Assembly (NCBI GenBank): GCA_900544285.1
Contig: UQUT01000001.1
Span: 59,004 to 123,003, forward strand
From: an uncultured Eubacterium sp.
GTDB lineage: Bacteria > Bacillota > Clostridia > Oscillospirales > CAG-272
Direction: 5' to 3'
Length of the DNA: 64,000 nucleotides
Part shown: piece after piece, positions 35,537-44,376 of the stretch
Layout: every line of letters begins with the position of its first letter
Position numbering within the stretch: position 1 is the stretch's first letter
Position numbers and translations under genes: made by a program
Notes under the pieces: generated by a model
Told to the model about the DNA's origin: nothing
What the model saw: only the letters and a program-made list of their open reading frames with translations
Databases searched by the model: none

Positions 35537-37273
35537 TTAATAGGCAGGCACACCGTAGCCGAGTATCTCGTAATAGCCGATGGAATACTCCCGGAGTCTC
35601 ACGCTGTCGCCTGAGTTTCCCTCAACGGTATAAACCTTTCCGTTTTCGACCTTTTGGACGATACCTGTATGGTCAGATTCCCCGTCCTGCGGGCCGGATT
35701 CACCATCGGGCGAGTCCCAATCAAAAAAGATAATCATACCGGGGGCAGGTTCATTGGAACCGTCAAGCCATTGGCCTCGATCCTTAAACCACTGCACACC
35801 GTTGACACAGCCTGCGTATTTGGGTATTACCCCTGCGTCGATATAGCCGCACTCATTGGCAACCCAACTGACGAAGCAGGCACACCATTCCACTCTGGAA
35901 TTGAAACCATACCAACTCCAATAGGGTTCGCCGCCCAAGTTTCCAACCTGAGAGAGCGCAACTGTAACAATCTGCCCCTCGTCATAGGAAATCCCATAGA
36001 GAACCGCAGACCATAGGGAATTGTTCTCGTCGGCAAGCAGCTCGGCAAGATAGCCTTTCTGTTCTTCATTAAATCCATACTGAGCCGCCATTTCATCGGC
36101 GGTTTTGTGCGAAACCGTAATATATAGGTAGGTCTGCGTGACCGTACTTTCGGTTTCAACAATATTGCCGTGGCCATCATCGGTTTCGGTAATCATCGTT
36201 TCGGTATTGGTTTCTGTCCGGGAGGATATTTCGTTCATTTCCCAAAAGATGTCCTTCATAAGTTGTTTTTTTGAATCGTCCATCGTGGCGACTTCCTGTG
36301 GGTTGTCGGGATCAGTATTGGTTTTTACGGCATACACCGCAAGCACCTCTTTCCAAACAGCCCTGCTGCCACTCATTTCAAGAACATCGTAGGATACTGA
36401 ATCTTTTTTCTCCTGAAGCTTAGCATCGTAATCGGAATTGATCTCCTGCACTACGGTCTGCATTGTCATACCTGTGCCGGAATCTTCTCCCGAAAAGAAG
36501 ATCCCAAATACAGAACCGAGAAGCAGACCAATCAGACAAATCACAATAATCACAACAACCGCAACCCACCCTCCGGCAGCAATAGCGGCGACCAATGCTT
36601 TTGTGGCGGCAATAATCGCCTTGACTGCCGCAATCGTCGCTTTTACGGCGGCTTTCACCCCAACGGCAACAGCCTTTGCGGTTGCTCTCGCCGCCTGAAT
36701 CGCTCTCTGCGTTGCTTTCACCGTGGCCTGCGCCGTTTTCTGTGCCGCCTTTGCAGCCTGCTGTGTAGTTTTAACGGCTGTTTTAGCGGTGCGCTCTGCG
36801 GTTTTGACTGTTTTCTGCGCTGTTTTAGCCGAACCCCTGCCAACGGTTTTAATCGTCTTTTTCCCCGCAGATCGGGCAGACTGCTTCACCGTCTTTTTCG
36901 TTTCCTGAACTGCTTTCACTCCTTTGTTTCGGGGAGTGCGGATAGATTGCTTTTCAAGGGATTGCGCCGCCCGTTTCTCCTTAAATTTCTGAATCCCATC
37001 TTTTGCTTTTGAGATATTCTGTTTGGTGGTTTCCAGACCTTTGCGCCCCTGCTTATCAAACTGGCGGGCAGCTTCGTGGGTAATGCGGTCAGCACCGCCC
37101 TCAATCCGGTTGGAAGCGTATTCTTCCGCACTACTCTCCTGAGCGTGGGTAGAATGTTCCGCTTTTTCTTTGGTTTGAATAAAGGCGGATTTCATTCTTT
37201 CTGCGGCAACCGCCGATTTGTTTATCGTCTTGATCGTGCCTTTGACCATATCCCTCGTCTTTATATCAGGCAT
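35537..37273 (-). CDS. conjugative cell-wall hydrolase: K/A/T-rich repeat region, TM, C-terminal CHAP (NlpC/P60-like) amidase domain (Tn916 Orf14-like)
   Basis: The C-terminus reads WCACFVSWVANECG...H.. and fits a CHAP Cys-His domain. Residues ~150-250 form KTxxK/AAxKA repeats. I chose ATG 37273, preceded by GGAAAGGAGG. Confidence 0.65.
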   Translation of the reverse strand: MPDIKTRDMVKGTIKTINKSAVAAERMKSAFIQTKEKAEHSTHAQESSAEEYASNRIEGGADRITHEAARQFDKQGRKGLETTKQNISKAKDGIQKFKEKRAAQSLEKQSIRTPRNKGVKAVQETKKTVKQSARSAGKKTIKTVGRGSAKTAQKTVKTAERTAKTAVKTTQQAAKAAQKTAQATVKATQRAIQAARATAKAVAVGVKAAVKATIAAVKAIIAATKALVAAIAAGGWVAVVVIIVICLIGLLLGSVFGIFFSGEDSGTGMTMQTVVQEINSDYDAKLQEKKDSVSYDVLEMSGSRAVWKEVLAVYAVKTNTDPDNPQEVATMDDSKKQLMKDIFWEMNEISSRTETNTETMITETDDGHGNIVETESTVTQTYLYITVSHKTADEMAAQYGFNEEQKGYLAELLADENNSLWSAVLYGISYDEGQIVTVALSQVGNLGGEPYWSWYGFNSRVEWCACFVSWVANECGYIDAGVIPKYAGCVNGVQWFKDRGQWLDGSNEPAPGMIIFFDWDSPDGESGPQDGESDHTGIVQKVENGKVYTVEGNSGDSVRLREYSIGYYEILGYGVPAY

Positions 37274-37389
37274 AAAAACCTCCTTTCCGAGCGCCCTGTT
37301 ACGCTCTAAAATGAAAAAGAGGGGTAAAGGTACAAACACCTTACCCCTCAAAGTGCGGGCGCTGAAAAGCCGCTTGTTTCAAGGGCTTT

Positions 37390-37752
37390 TTACCCTCTAT
37401 TTTTCGACTCTGTACGCTTCTTTCTTGCGTACTCGGCCTGCTGCCGCTTATACGCTTTCTCCGCACACTTTTCGCAATATTTTTTCTTGTTGTTTCGCTT
37501 GATAATGGGAGTACCGCAGGCAACGCACCTGTCAGGGTGTGTTCCGAGTATCTCTGCTTCAAGCAACGGCTCAGCCGGAAGCACGGCATTTCGGAAATAC
37601 TTACATAATAAGGAATAGGAAATACTCTGCACACAAACGCAGGGTTCTCCGTCATCGAGAAGCAAGCAGTTTCCTCCGTCATAATTAGCGCAAAGCCTTT
37701 TAATCAAGGCGTTGGATCTCTGCCGCTGCTTGGGCGTCATCTGCGGAAGCAT
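37390..37752 (-). CDS. cysteine-rich VLP-domain protein (conserved small ICE protein)
   Basis: LIKRLCANYDGGNCLLLDDGEPCVCVQSISYSLLCKYFRNAVLP, and a second Cys cluster CVACG...CEKC. Confidence 0.5.
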   Translation of the reverse strand: MLPQMTPKQRQRSNALIKRLCANYDGGNCLLLDDGEPCVCVQSISYSLLCKYFRNAVLPAEPLLEAEILGTHPDRCVACGTPIIKRNNKKKYCEKCAEKAYKRQQAEYARKKRTESKNRG

Positions 37753-38533
37753 TCAGCGAACCTTCCTCCATAATCTTTTTAGCGACAACAACAAGCCTGC
37801 CGTTGGTATGGGAATACTCACAGGTGGAAAGGGTAATCAGCTTATCACCGTATTCTGCCGACACTCCGGTATCATACAGCGAAAGCTCTTTGCATTTCTC
37901 AATAAACGCCGTAAATTCCTCCGGCGACTGAGCGTTGGTAAAGCGGTAGAATTTGAAGGAATCAGGGCTGTCGGTATAAACCACGGTTTTGAAAACCGCA
38001 ACAATCTCATATTCGCACTTCTCGGTCAGGGTATTAAATGTGACCGTCTTGTGATTTTTCCAGAAATCCTCGCTTTTGAATTTCTCGAGATTGGCAAACA
38101 TACTGCCGTTTTTCATATTGTGGCCGTAGATTACGATATTGTCCGAAGGTGCCTGCACATCGCAGTCCTCCTGCACATAGGGGCAGCCATAGTCGGTATA
38201 TCCTTTATCAAATCCGTGTTTGAGATAGAAATTCGGGTTGTCTACCGTCTGCATAACAGGGTAGTTGATATTCGTATCTTCCACACGAACCCAACCGACC
38301 AAATCGCTGTTCTGGCGATAAAGCTCCGTCAGTTCCGGCAAAATGGCTGCGTCCTCAGAATACTGGATTGGTTCGGTCGGTTCTGTTTCAGGTTTCTCCA
38401 CAATCTGAGCAAGGGAACCGTACATCTGCGCCTGTTCCTTTTCCTCCTGAAAGTGGTCGATTATAAAATAGGTGCTTGTGCCGAGCAGGGCAACAAACGC
38501 CGCAATTAAAATGATACAAATGGTCTTTTTCAT
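37700..38533 (-). CDS. srtB: class B sortase
   Basis: IVIYGHNM is the catalytic His region, LITLSTCEYS is the TLxTC Cys motif, and NGRLVVVAKK carries the Arg. The N-terminus has a TM anchor. Confidence 0.75.
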   Translation of the reverse strand: MKKTICIILIAAFVALLGTSTYFIIDHFQEEKEQAQMYGSLAQIVEKPETEPTEPIQYSEDAAILPELTELYRQNSDLVGWVRVEDTNINYPVMQTVDNPNFYLKHGFDKGYTDYGCPYVQEDCDVQAPSDNIVIYGHNMKNGSMFANLEKFKSEDFWKNHKTVTFNTLTEKCEYEIVAVFKTVVYTDSPDSFKFYRFTNAQSPEEFTAFIEKCKELSLYDTGVSAEYGDKLITLSTCEYSHTNGRLVVVAKKIMEEGSLNASADDAQAAAEIQRLD

Positions 38534-39291
38534 CGTGTATTCCTTTCTTCGTTTATTCTTCTGACGGCAATCTCATAGTAATGGCTGTCGATTTCACAGC
38601 CGATAAAGCGCCGTTTGTTCCGAATGGCCGCAATCGCTGTCGTTCCCGTCCCCAAGTACGGATCGAGAAGAAAATCCCCCTGTTTGGAGGAAAGCTGAAC
38701 CAGCCATTCGACGCACTCCACATTTTTAATCGTGGGGTGGTAAATTCCGTTTTTCTTCTGCCATACCGAATTATAGGTGGATTTGGGATAAGCGGAACCG
38801 AACCAACAGCTATCGAGCCGAAACCGATAACCCTCTTTTGGCTTTTTTATCCGTTTAACAAGCTGCGTCTTTTCAAACTTCCTTCGCCCTTTGTGGCAGA
38901 AGATTACCCATTCCGAATTGTTGGCATAGCTGCCGCTTAAATCCCCAATTCCTCCGAGCGTCCCTTTTTCAATCACAAGGCAGTTTTTAATGATGAACCC
39001 TGCGTTTATCAGGGAATGATAATGAAGGGGGTATCTGTCGAATCGGGTAAAGAAATATGCGTGGGCATTGTCTTTCAGCACACGGTAGCATTCGTCTGCC
39101 AACCAATCGTAGTCAATTCCTTCGTCCCCTTTCAGGGGATTATGCCTATTCCTTGTAAAATGGTTGACATACTGAATCCCATAAGGCGGATCGGTGATAA
39201 TCAAGTCGATGGAATTGCCGGGGAGCTGCCCGAACAACTCCCCGCAATCCATACAGTAGACCTTGTTTTCCTCAACTCGCATTTTCTTCAC
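38530..39291 (-). CDS. orphan DNA methyltransferase (beta-class N6A/N4C, DPPY)
   Basis: Motif IV reads IITDPPYG, and motif I FLLDPYLGTGTT follows it, which is the beta-class permutation. No restriction endonuclease gene is adjacent. Confidence 0.8.
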   Translation of the reverse strand: MKKMRVEENKVYCMDCGELFGQLPGNSIDLIITDPPYGIQYVNHFTRNRHNPLKGDEGIDYDWLADECYRVLKDNAHAYFFTRFDRYPLHYHSLINAGFIIKNCLVIEKGTLGGIGDLSGSYANNSEWVIFCHKGRRKFEKTQLVKRIKKPKEGYRFRLDSCWFGSAYPKSTYNSVWQKKNGIYHPTIKNVECVEWLVQLSSKQGDFLLDPYLGTGTTAIAAIRNKRRFIGCEIDSHYYEIAVRRINEERNTR

Positions 39292-41611
39292 CGAATTTGG
39301 TAGTCATCAGCTTGTAAAGCTTGGTGTTTTTGGGGAACTTGTTTGCAAACGGAACAATGCTTGAACCTACCTTGATTAAGCCGTGTCCGGCCTCCACATT
39401 GGTAATATACGACATTTGCATATCGGAGATATTCAGAAGCCTGCCAAGCTCAATTCTGTCGGTACTTGCTTGATTTGCCATAATCAAAAATTCGCTGTTG
39501 CTGAGCATTGTCCTTGCCGTGTGACTCTGCAAGAGGTCGTCCACATTTTGAGTGATACCCGTCGCATAAGCGCCGTATTTCCTCACTCGTTTCCACAAGG
39601 TGAATAGGAAGTTTGCGGAATACTCGTGCTGAAACAGAAGGTAGATCTCATCAATAAAGATGAAGGTATTTTTGCCCTTTGCACGGTTCTGCGTAATACG
39701 ATTGAGAATGGAATCCAGAACCACGAGCATTCCGATGGGCATTAACTGCTTGCCGAGGTCGAGAATATCATAGCATATCAGACGGCTTCCGGTATTCACA
39801 TTCGTATGCTTCGCAAAGGTGTTCAGGCTGCCGTTGGTAAACAGCTCAATGGCAAGGGCGATCTCCTGCGCTTCGGGTTCCTCCTGTTTCAAGAGTTCAT
39901 TTCTGAAATCCTGCAAGGTCGGCACTTCGCCCTGATAATCATTCTGCTGATAGGTGCGGTAAACCGAAGCGGTACAACGGTCGATAATGGATTTCTGCTT
40001 TGCACCGAGGTTCGTCCCGCCGATAAGCTGTTCGCAAAGAGACATAATAAACTCGGATTTGAGAATAACCGGGTTCGCCCCATCGCCGTATTCCTTTGTC
40101 ATATCCATAGCGTTGATATGGTTTTGAGAAGTGGCGGAGATGTGGATTACTTCACCGCCGAGCGCCTTGACAAGCGGAGAATATTCCCGCTCAGGATCAA
40201 TTATAACCACATCTGAATCGGAGGATAGAATGACATTCTCAATCTCGCCTTTTGCGGCGAAGGATTTACCACTGCCTGACACGCCGAGGATAAAGGAATT
40301 GCCGTTGAGAAGCTGTTTGCGGTCGGCAATAATCATATTTTTGCTGATGACATTCTGCCCGTAGTAGATTCCGTTCTCGTGAAAAATATCCTGTACCCGG
40401 AATGGGATAAAGACCGCCAAAGATTCGGTGGTCAGGGTGCGGAAGGTATCAATCTTTCTCACGCCAAACGGCATAGCCGTGTTCAGACCGTCCATCTGCT
40501 GAAATTTCAGGATACCAAACTGACACAGGTGCTTTCTCGCCGTGGTGAGCAGGGCTTCGGTGTCGTTGTCGAGCTGTTCCTTGGTATCCGCCGTATGCAC
40601 AAGAGTCAGAACGGCAAACATCATTCTCTGATCCCTTGTGGTCAAATCGTCGAGAAACTCCTTCATTTCCTTTTTCTGCTGTTCCATATCATAAGGCACG
40701 GTTGCCGAAAAGTTGTTGTTGGAATTTTGTCTCCTTTGCCAATTCGTTATATTCGTTTCAACCCCAAGCAGGCGGTTTTCTGCTTCTTTCACCGCTTCAT
40801 CGGTGGGAACAGGCACAACGTCAATCGACATCATCAGGTTACGGTTCAGATCGGTCAGCTCGGCTACCATACTATCCTTAATATAGGAGGCGTATTCCCG
40901 TAAAAAAAGAACCCTCCCAAAACGGTTTCCCATCTTGAAAAAGTCCTTCTCAAATTCCATTGTATCGGGGCAGATATAGTCTTTGAAGCTGTGCCCCTTT
41001 TTTCGAGTTTCCTTCATGTCGAACCGATAGGCCGTTTCCTCGCCCACACGGTAGAAATCGTGAAAGATACGCAGTCTTTCATCGGTTTCCAGTTCCACGC
41101 ATTTACTGCCGAGCCTGCCGAAGTGGGCAATCAGATCCGCACCGACACGGGCAAAGTAGTTTCGTGCGTCCTCCACATTCTTTTTATTGACCGAAATGGT
41201 CATATACTTATCCTGCACGATGGCATTGGCACCCGTGGCCTTTTCAAGCAGAATTTTGTTGTATTCCTCCCGGTACTCGTCGAGCCTGTCGCCTTTTAGG
41301 GGAATGAGAATGTTTTTCTCAAAATCAAGGCGGTTGAGCCTGCGGTTGTTGATGGTGATTTTGGTCGTTGCGCCGGAGTCAAGGGAATTGAGCAGTTCCG
41401 AGTATTCAAGGAACATCGCTTCTTTATCTTCACGGCTTGCAACGGCGTAATTTATATCTGAAAACTTAAAGGTCTTGGAAAACTTGTCCTTTCCGATCTG
41501 GAAGATACCGTCATCATAAATCACGGTGACGGGGATTACATCCTGAACGCCCTTCGGCACGACAAACTTTTCCTTCTCCTGCTTGCGAAGATTGGTAAGT
41601 GTTTTAATCAT
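39272..41611 (-). CDS. VirB4-family conjugative transfer ATPase (Tn916 Orf16 / PrgJ-like)
   Basis: 779 aa. Walker A reads GVSGSGKSF, and the C-terminal ATPase core reads IFIDEIYLLFQ. Confidence 0.85.
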   Translation of the reverse strand: MIKTLTNLRKQEKEKFVVPKGVQDVIPVTVIYDDGIFQIGKDKFSKTFKFSDINYAVASREDKEAMFLEYSELLNSLDSGATTKITINNRRLNRLDFEKNILIPLKGDRLDEYREEYNKILLEKATGANAIVQDKYMTISVNKKNVEDARNYFARVGADLIAHFGRLGSKCVELETDERLRIFHDFYRVGEETAYRFDMKETRKKGHSFKDYICPDTMEFEKDFFKMGNRFGRVLFLREYASYIKDSMVAELTDLNRNLMMSIDVVPVPTDEAVKEAENRLLGVETNITNWQRRQNSNNNFSATVPYDMEQQKKEMKEFLDDLTTRDQRMMFAVLTLVHTADTKEQLDNDTEALLTTARKHLCQFGILKFQQMDGLNTAMPFGVRKIDTFRTLTTESLAVFIPFRVQDIFHENGIYYGQNVISKNMIIADRKQLLNGNSFILGVSGSGKSFAAKGEIENVILSSDSDVVIIDPEREYSPLVKALGGEVIHISATSQNHINAMDMTKEYGDGANPVILKSEFIMSLCEQLIGGTNLGAKQKSIIDRCTASVYRTYQQNDYQGEVPTLQDFRNELLKQEEPEAQEIALAIELFTNGSLNTFAKHTNVNTGSRLICYDILDLGKQLMPIGMLVVLDSILNRITQNRAKGKNTFIFIDEIYLLFQHEYSANFLFTLWKRVRKYGAYATGITQNVDDLLQSHTARTMLSNSEFLIMANQASTDRIELGRLLNISDMQMSYITNVEAGHGLIKVGSSIVPFANKFPKNTKLYKLMTTKFGEENAS

Positions 41612-41979
41612 TTCGACTTCATAGCCTCCTTTATTTTTGCGTCAATACCCGGCTTCATCAGCTCATAGTAGGTATTGGTGGAATGGAAGGTGAGTTTTTT
41701 CGGGGTGAGAAACTCCGATTTAATCCACGCATAGATGAATTTTTCTGCGGTCATTCCGTTGTATTTGACAAATCCAAGCGCCGCAAAGGGCGCTGCGCCC
41801 AAAATGCAGATCCACGAAACGGTTTCGGTGCCGACATAGGGCTTGAGCAGAAAATACAGCCCAACCGCTACAACGCAGGCGCAGGCAGAAAAGATAAACT
41901 GCCTGAGCGATAAACCGAAAAACATCGATTCCGTATAGTTTCTGATTTCTCTGTTGATTTTTACTTCCAATTCAGCCAC
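41608..41979 (-). CDS. PrgI-family (VirB3-like) conjugal transfer membrane protein
   Basis: A 123-aa protein with 2 TM. Its start overlaps the VirB4 gene. Confidence 0.55.
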   Translation of the reverse strand: MAELEVKINREIRNYTESMFFGLSLRQFIFSACACVVAVGLYFLLKPYVGTETVSWICILGAAPFAALGFVKYNGMTAEKFIYAWIKSEFLTPKKLTFHSTNTYYELMKPGIDAKIKEAMKSK

Positions 41980-41985
41980 CTCCGA

Positions 41986-42486
41986 TTATCGTTCAAAGCT
42001 TTGAGAACCTATGTTCTTCTGCTTGAAGGCAGCAAGAATATCGGTACCGTCGTAACCGTTTTCAATCATCTTTTCCATCGTCACACCGTTCTGCCTGCAA
42101 AACTGCATATACTTTTTCAGCCCATCGGGGTAATCGGTTTCCATATCCTCTGCCGACAAACAATCCCAAACGCAGTAATGGGCGTCGGGCAGCATACCGA
42201 CAAGGCGATACCCATCTTCCAGATGGTTAAACAGGCTGTTGTCGTTAAACAGCAAGGTAGAATCGTATTGCTTCACCGACTGATCGGGGTTCTCTGCAAA
42301 CGGGTTAAAAGAAATCGCTTCATCTGCGTTTACCGCATAAGCGAGAGCGTCCTTTTCATTCCCGTCCTTCACAAGCAGATAAAAAAGCTCATAGCTGCCG
42401 CCAAGTTCCCGGTTTTCCTGATAAACTGTCAGGCGTTTCAGGATACGCTCGGTGTATCTCATCATTTTTGCATTGTTGAAATTCAT
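41986..42486 (-). CDS. hypothetical conjugative-element protein
   Basis: 166 aa from the internal start MNFNNAKMM, which overlaps the upstream stop (ATGA-type). Confidence 0.4.
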   Translation of the reverse strand: MNFNNAKMMRYTERILKRLTVYQENRELGGSYELFYLLVKDGNEKDALAYAVNADEAISFNPFAENPDQSVKQYDSTLLFNDNSLFNHLEDGYRLVGMLPDAHYCVWDCLSAEDMETDYPDGLKKYMQFCRQNGVTMEKMIENGYDGTDILAAFKQKNIGSQSFER

Positions 42487-42653
42487 ACTGTACCTCTTTC
42501 TTTTTCTTTTGCCTGCCGGATTTCTTCGGCGCATACACATTCGTCGGCAAGGCACTTGACCTTGCCTTTTCGTCTGCCGCCGTAGTACAGGCAATATCTG
42601 CAATCGCAATCTTCAAGGGTGTAGCCCTTGAATTTGTTGTAAATCCGTTTCAT
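42483..42653 (-). CDS. small Cys-rich protein (56 aa; below the ORF-track cutoff)
   Basis: MKRIYNKFKGYTLEDCDCRYCLYYGGRRKGKVKCLADECVCAEEIRQAKEKERGTV has 8 Cys. It is translationally coupled to the downstream ORF. Confidence 0.35.
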   Translation of the reverse strand: MKRIYNKFKGYTLEDCDCRYCLYYGGRRKGKVKCLADECVCAEEIRQAKEKERGTV

Positions 42654-42664
42654 TTGCTTCTCCT

Positions 42665-43501
42665 TTATAAGCCCATCATCTCTCGGATAATGCGGTCGCT
42701 CATTTTTACCGCCCCGACCAAAACAAGCATATTAAAAAGCAGTTCTCCGATATATGACCACACCTGCGTAACTGCCGCAGCGTTGGGATCGACTACCGGG
42801 GGCGAAGAAGCGAACAGCGAGAAGATGATACACGCCAACACGATAACAGCCCCTTCCAGACAAACGGCGCAGTAGCTTTTGATAAAGCTCTTGCCCACAT
42901 TCTGGCTCGGCTCTCCTGCAAAGGTGGAAAGCGGAATCGGGGCGAGCGCCGTATACATATATAATTTGAAAAATCTCCCGTACACGGTCATTATTAAAAG
43001 GAAGGACATTACCGTGATGAACAATCCGCCGATGAGCGTAACCGCCCAAAGGGGAATCGACTCGAAAAAGCCGCAGCTTTCAATGGTATCAATCATCGAC
43101 TGCGGCAGGGGGGTTTGCTGCGCCGTGGAAAATCCTGCGGCGGTCATAATGGTGGAGATTGTACCCTGTACGATATTGAACAGGGCAAGCATTAACTCCA
43201 TACCATAGGTGATCCCCGCCTTTGCGAGAGCGAACCGGATAAACAGCTTTAAGGCGTGTTCCGGTTTCTTGACTTCACTGAAACTGCCGCAGGTGCGTAC
43301 CATACCAACCACAAAAAACAGCACAAGCAAGGCAAGGCCGATTGCCTGAACCGCACCGTTGATATTGACGATTACGCCCCATATCCCGCCGCCTTTGAAA
43401 TTCTGCGGGGTGGTGGTGATGAGCTGCCAAATTTCAGCAAGTTTTTCATTCCAAGTCTCGAGGGCGTTTTGGAGATTTTGAACTACCCAGTTATCTGACA
43501 C
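42665..43501 (-). CDS. VirB6/TrbL-like polytopic conjugal transfer membrane protein
   Basis: 278 aa, about 6 TM, in the T4SS gene block. Confidence 0.5.
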   Translation of the reverse strand: MSDNWVVQNLQNALETWNEKLAEIWQLITTTPQNFKGGGIWGVIVNINGAVQAIGLALLVLFFVVGMVRTCGSFSEVKKPEHALKLFIRFALAKAGITYGMELMLALFNIVQGTISTIMTAAGFSTAQQTPLPQSMIDTIESCGFFESIPLWAVTLIGGLFITVMSFLLIMTVYGRFFKLYMYTALAPIPLSTFAGEPSQNVGKSFIKSYCAVCLEGAVIVLACIIFSLFASSPPVVDPNAAAVTQVWSYIGELLFNMLVLVGAVKMSDRIIREMMGL

Positions 43502-43505
43502 AAAA

Positions 43506-43931
43506 TCACCTCTCTCTTTCCTGTTTCCTGCGTCGTTCCGTCAGGTCTTTCTTTACATCGTCAAGGGTGGGAAGCGCACCGAAATAGTCGAACTTATCGT
43601 TCAAAGATTTCTCAATCAGATTTTCTGTGTTTCCACCCGATTTCAAATGTTCAATCAGCCCCATAATCTCGTGGGGGTATAGGCAGTGCTGTTCAGTCAG
43701 CCACAGGATTTCGCCCACGGCTTTATCCCCAACCTGTCTCTGTGCAAAATACAGCGCCGAGAATATTCGGTCGAGCCACTTTTGAACAGCCTGCTCATAC
43801 GGTTCCGGCTTGAAATTGATATACTGCTCTGAATTTACATTTTCATCTGCAAACGCAATCCATTTCTGGATTATCTTCTGGCCGCACCGGAATCGGTTTT
43901 CCATATTGATTTCAAATTCTTTTCTAAGCAT
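43506..43931 (-). CDS. hypothetical conjugative-element protein
   Basis: A 141-aa soluble protein in the T4SS operon. Confidence 0.4.
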   Translation of the reverse strand: MLRKEFEINMENRFRCGQKIIQKWIAFADENVNSEQYINFKPEPYEQAVQKWLDRIFSALYFAQRQVGDKAVGEILWLTEQHCLYPHEIMGLIEHLKSGGNTENLIEKSLNDKFDYFGALPTLDDVKKDLTERRRKQERER

Positions 43932-44015
43932 TGCTGCCTCCTTAAAAACAAAAAAAAGAGGGGTGTTCCTGAAAATGAATCCAGGAACACCCCTCGTGCA
44001 AGTGTCGTTTATGAA

Positions 44016-44375
44016 TCAGCCCGTGATTAAGGTTAAAATTTCTTTTGCGAAAACAATGATGACGCCGCCCGCCAAGGTCAGAAAGCCGTTCGCTCGCTGC
44101 GAAGGATCGTGGGATTTCAACGAAAGTCCTACCTGTACGATACCAAAGCCGAGCAGAATCATACCGATTGCCCGAATGAATCCAAAGATAAAATCGGACA
44201 GGTTATTGACTACGGTTAGCGGATCTCCGCCTGCCGCAAAAGCCGTCAGGGACATACTCATCACGACAGTCAGCGTCACAACGAGTACGCAGTAAAAACG
44301 AAAGCCACGTTTAACCTTTCCGGCCATAGGCAGCTTATTGGTTTCCTTCTTCTGGTTTCTATTAAAAAGAGTCAT
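44016..44375 (-). CDS. Maff2-family small membrane protein
   Basis: 119 aa from the internal ATG 44375. The signal/TM region and Gly-rich TM helices are typical of Maff2, which normally sits beside the T4CP. Confidence 0.5.
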   Translation of the reverse strand: MTLFNRNQKKETNKLPMAGKVKRGFRFYCVLVVTLTVVMSMSLTAFAAGGDPLTVVNNLSDFIFGFIRAIGMILLGFGIVQVGLSLKSHDPSQRANGFLTLAGGVIIVFAKEILTLITG

Positions 44376-44376
44376 T

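Noticed and set aside
37712-38509. 265-aa plus-strand ORF
   Set aside because: It is antisense to the sortase B gene.
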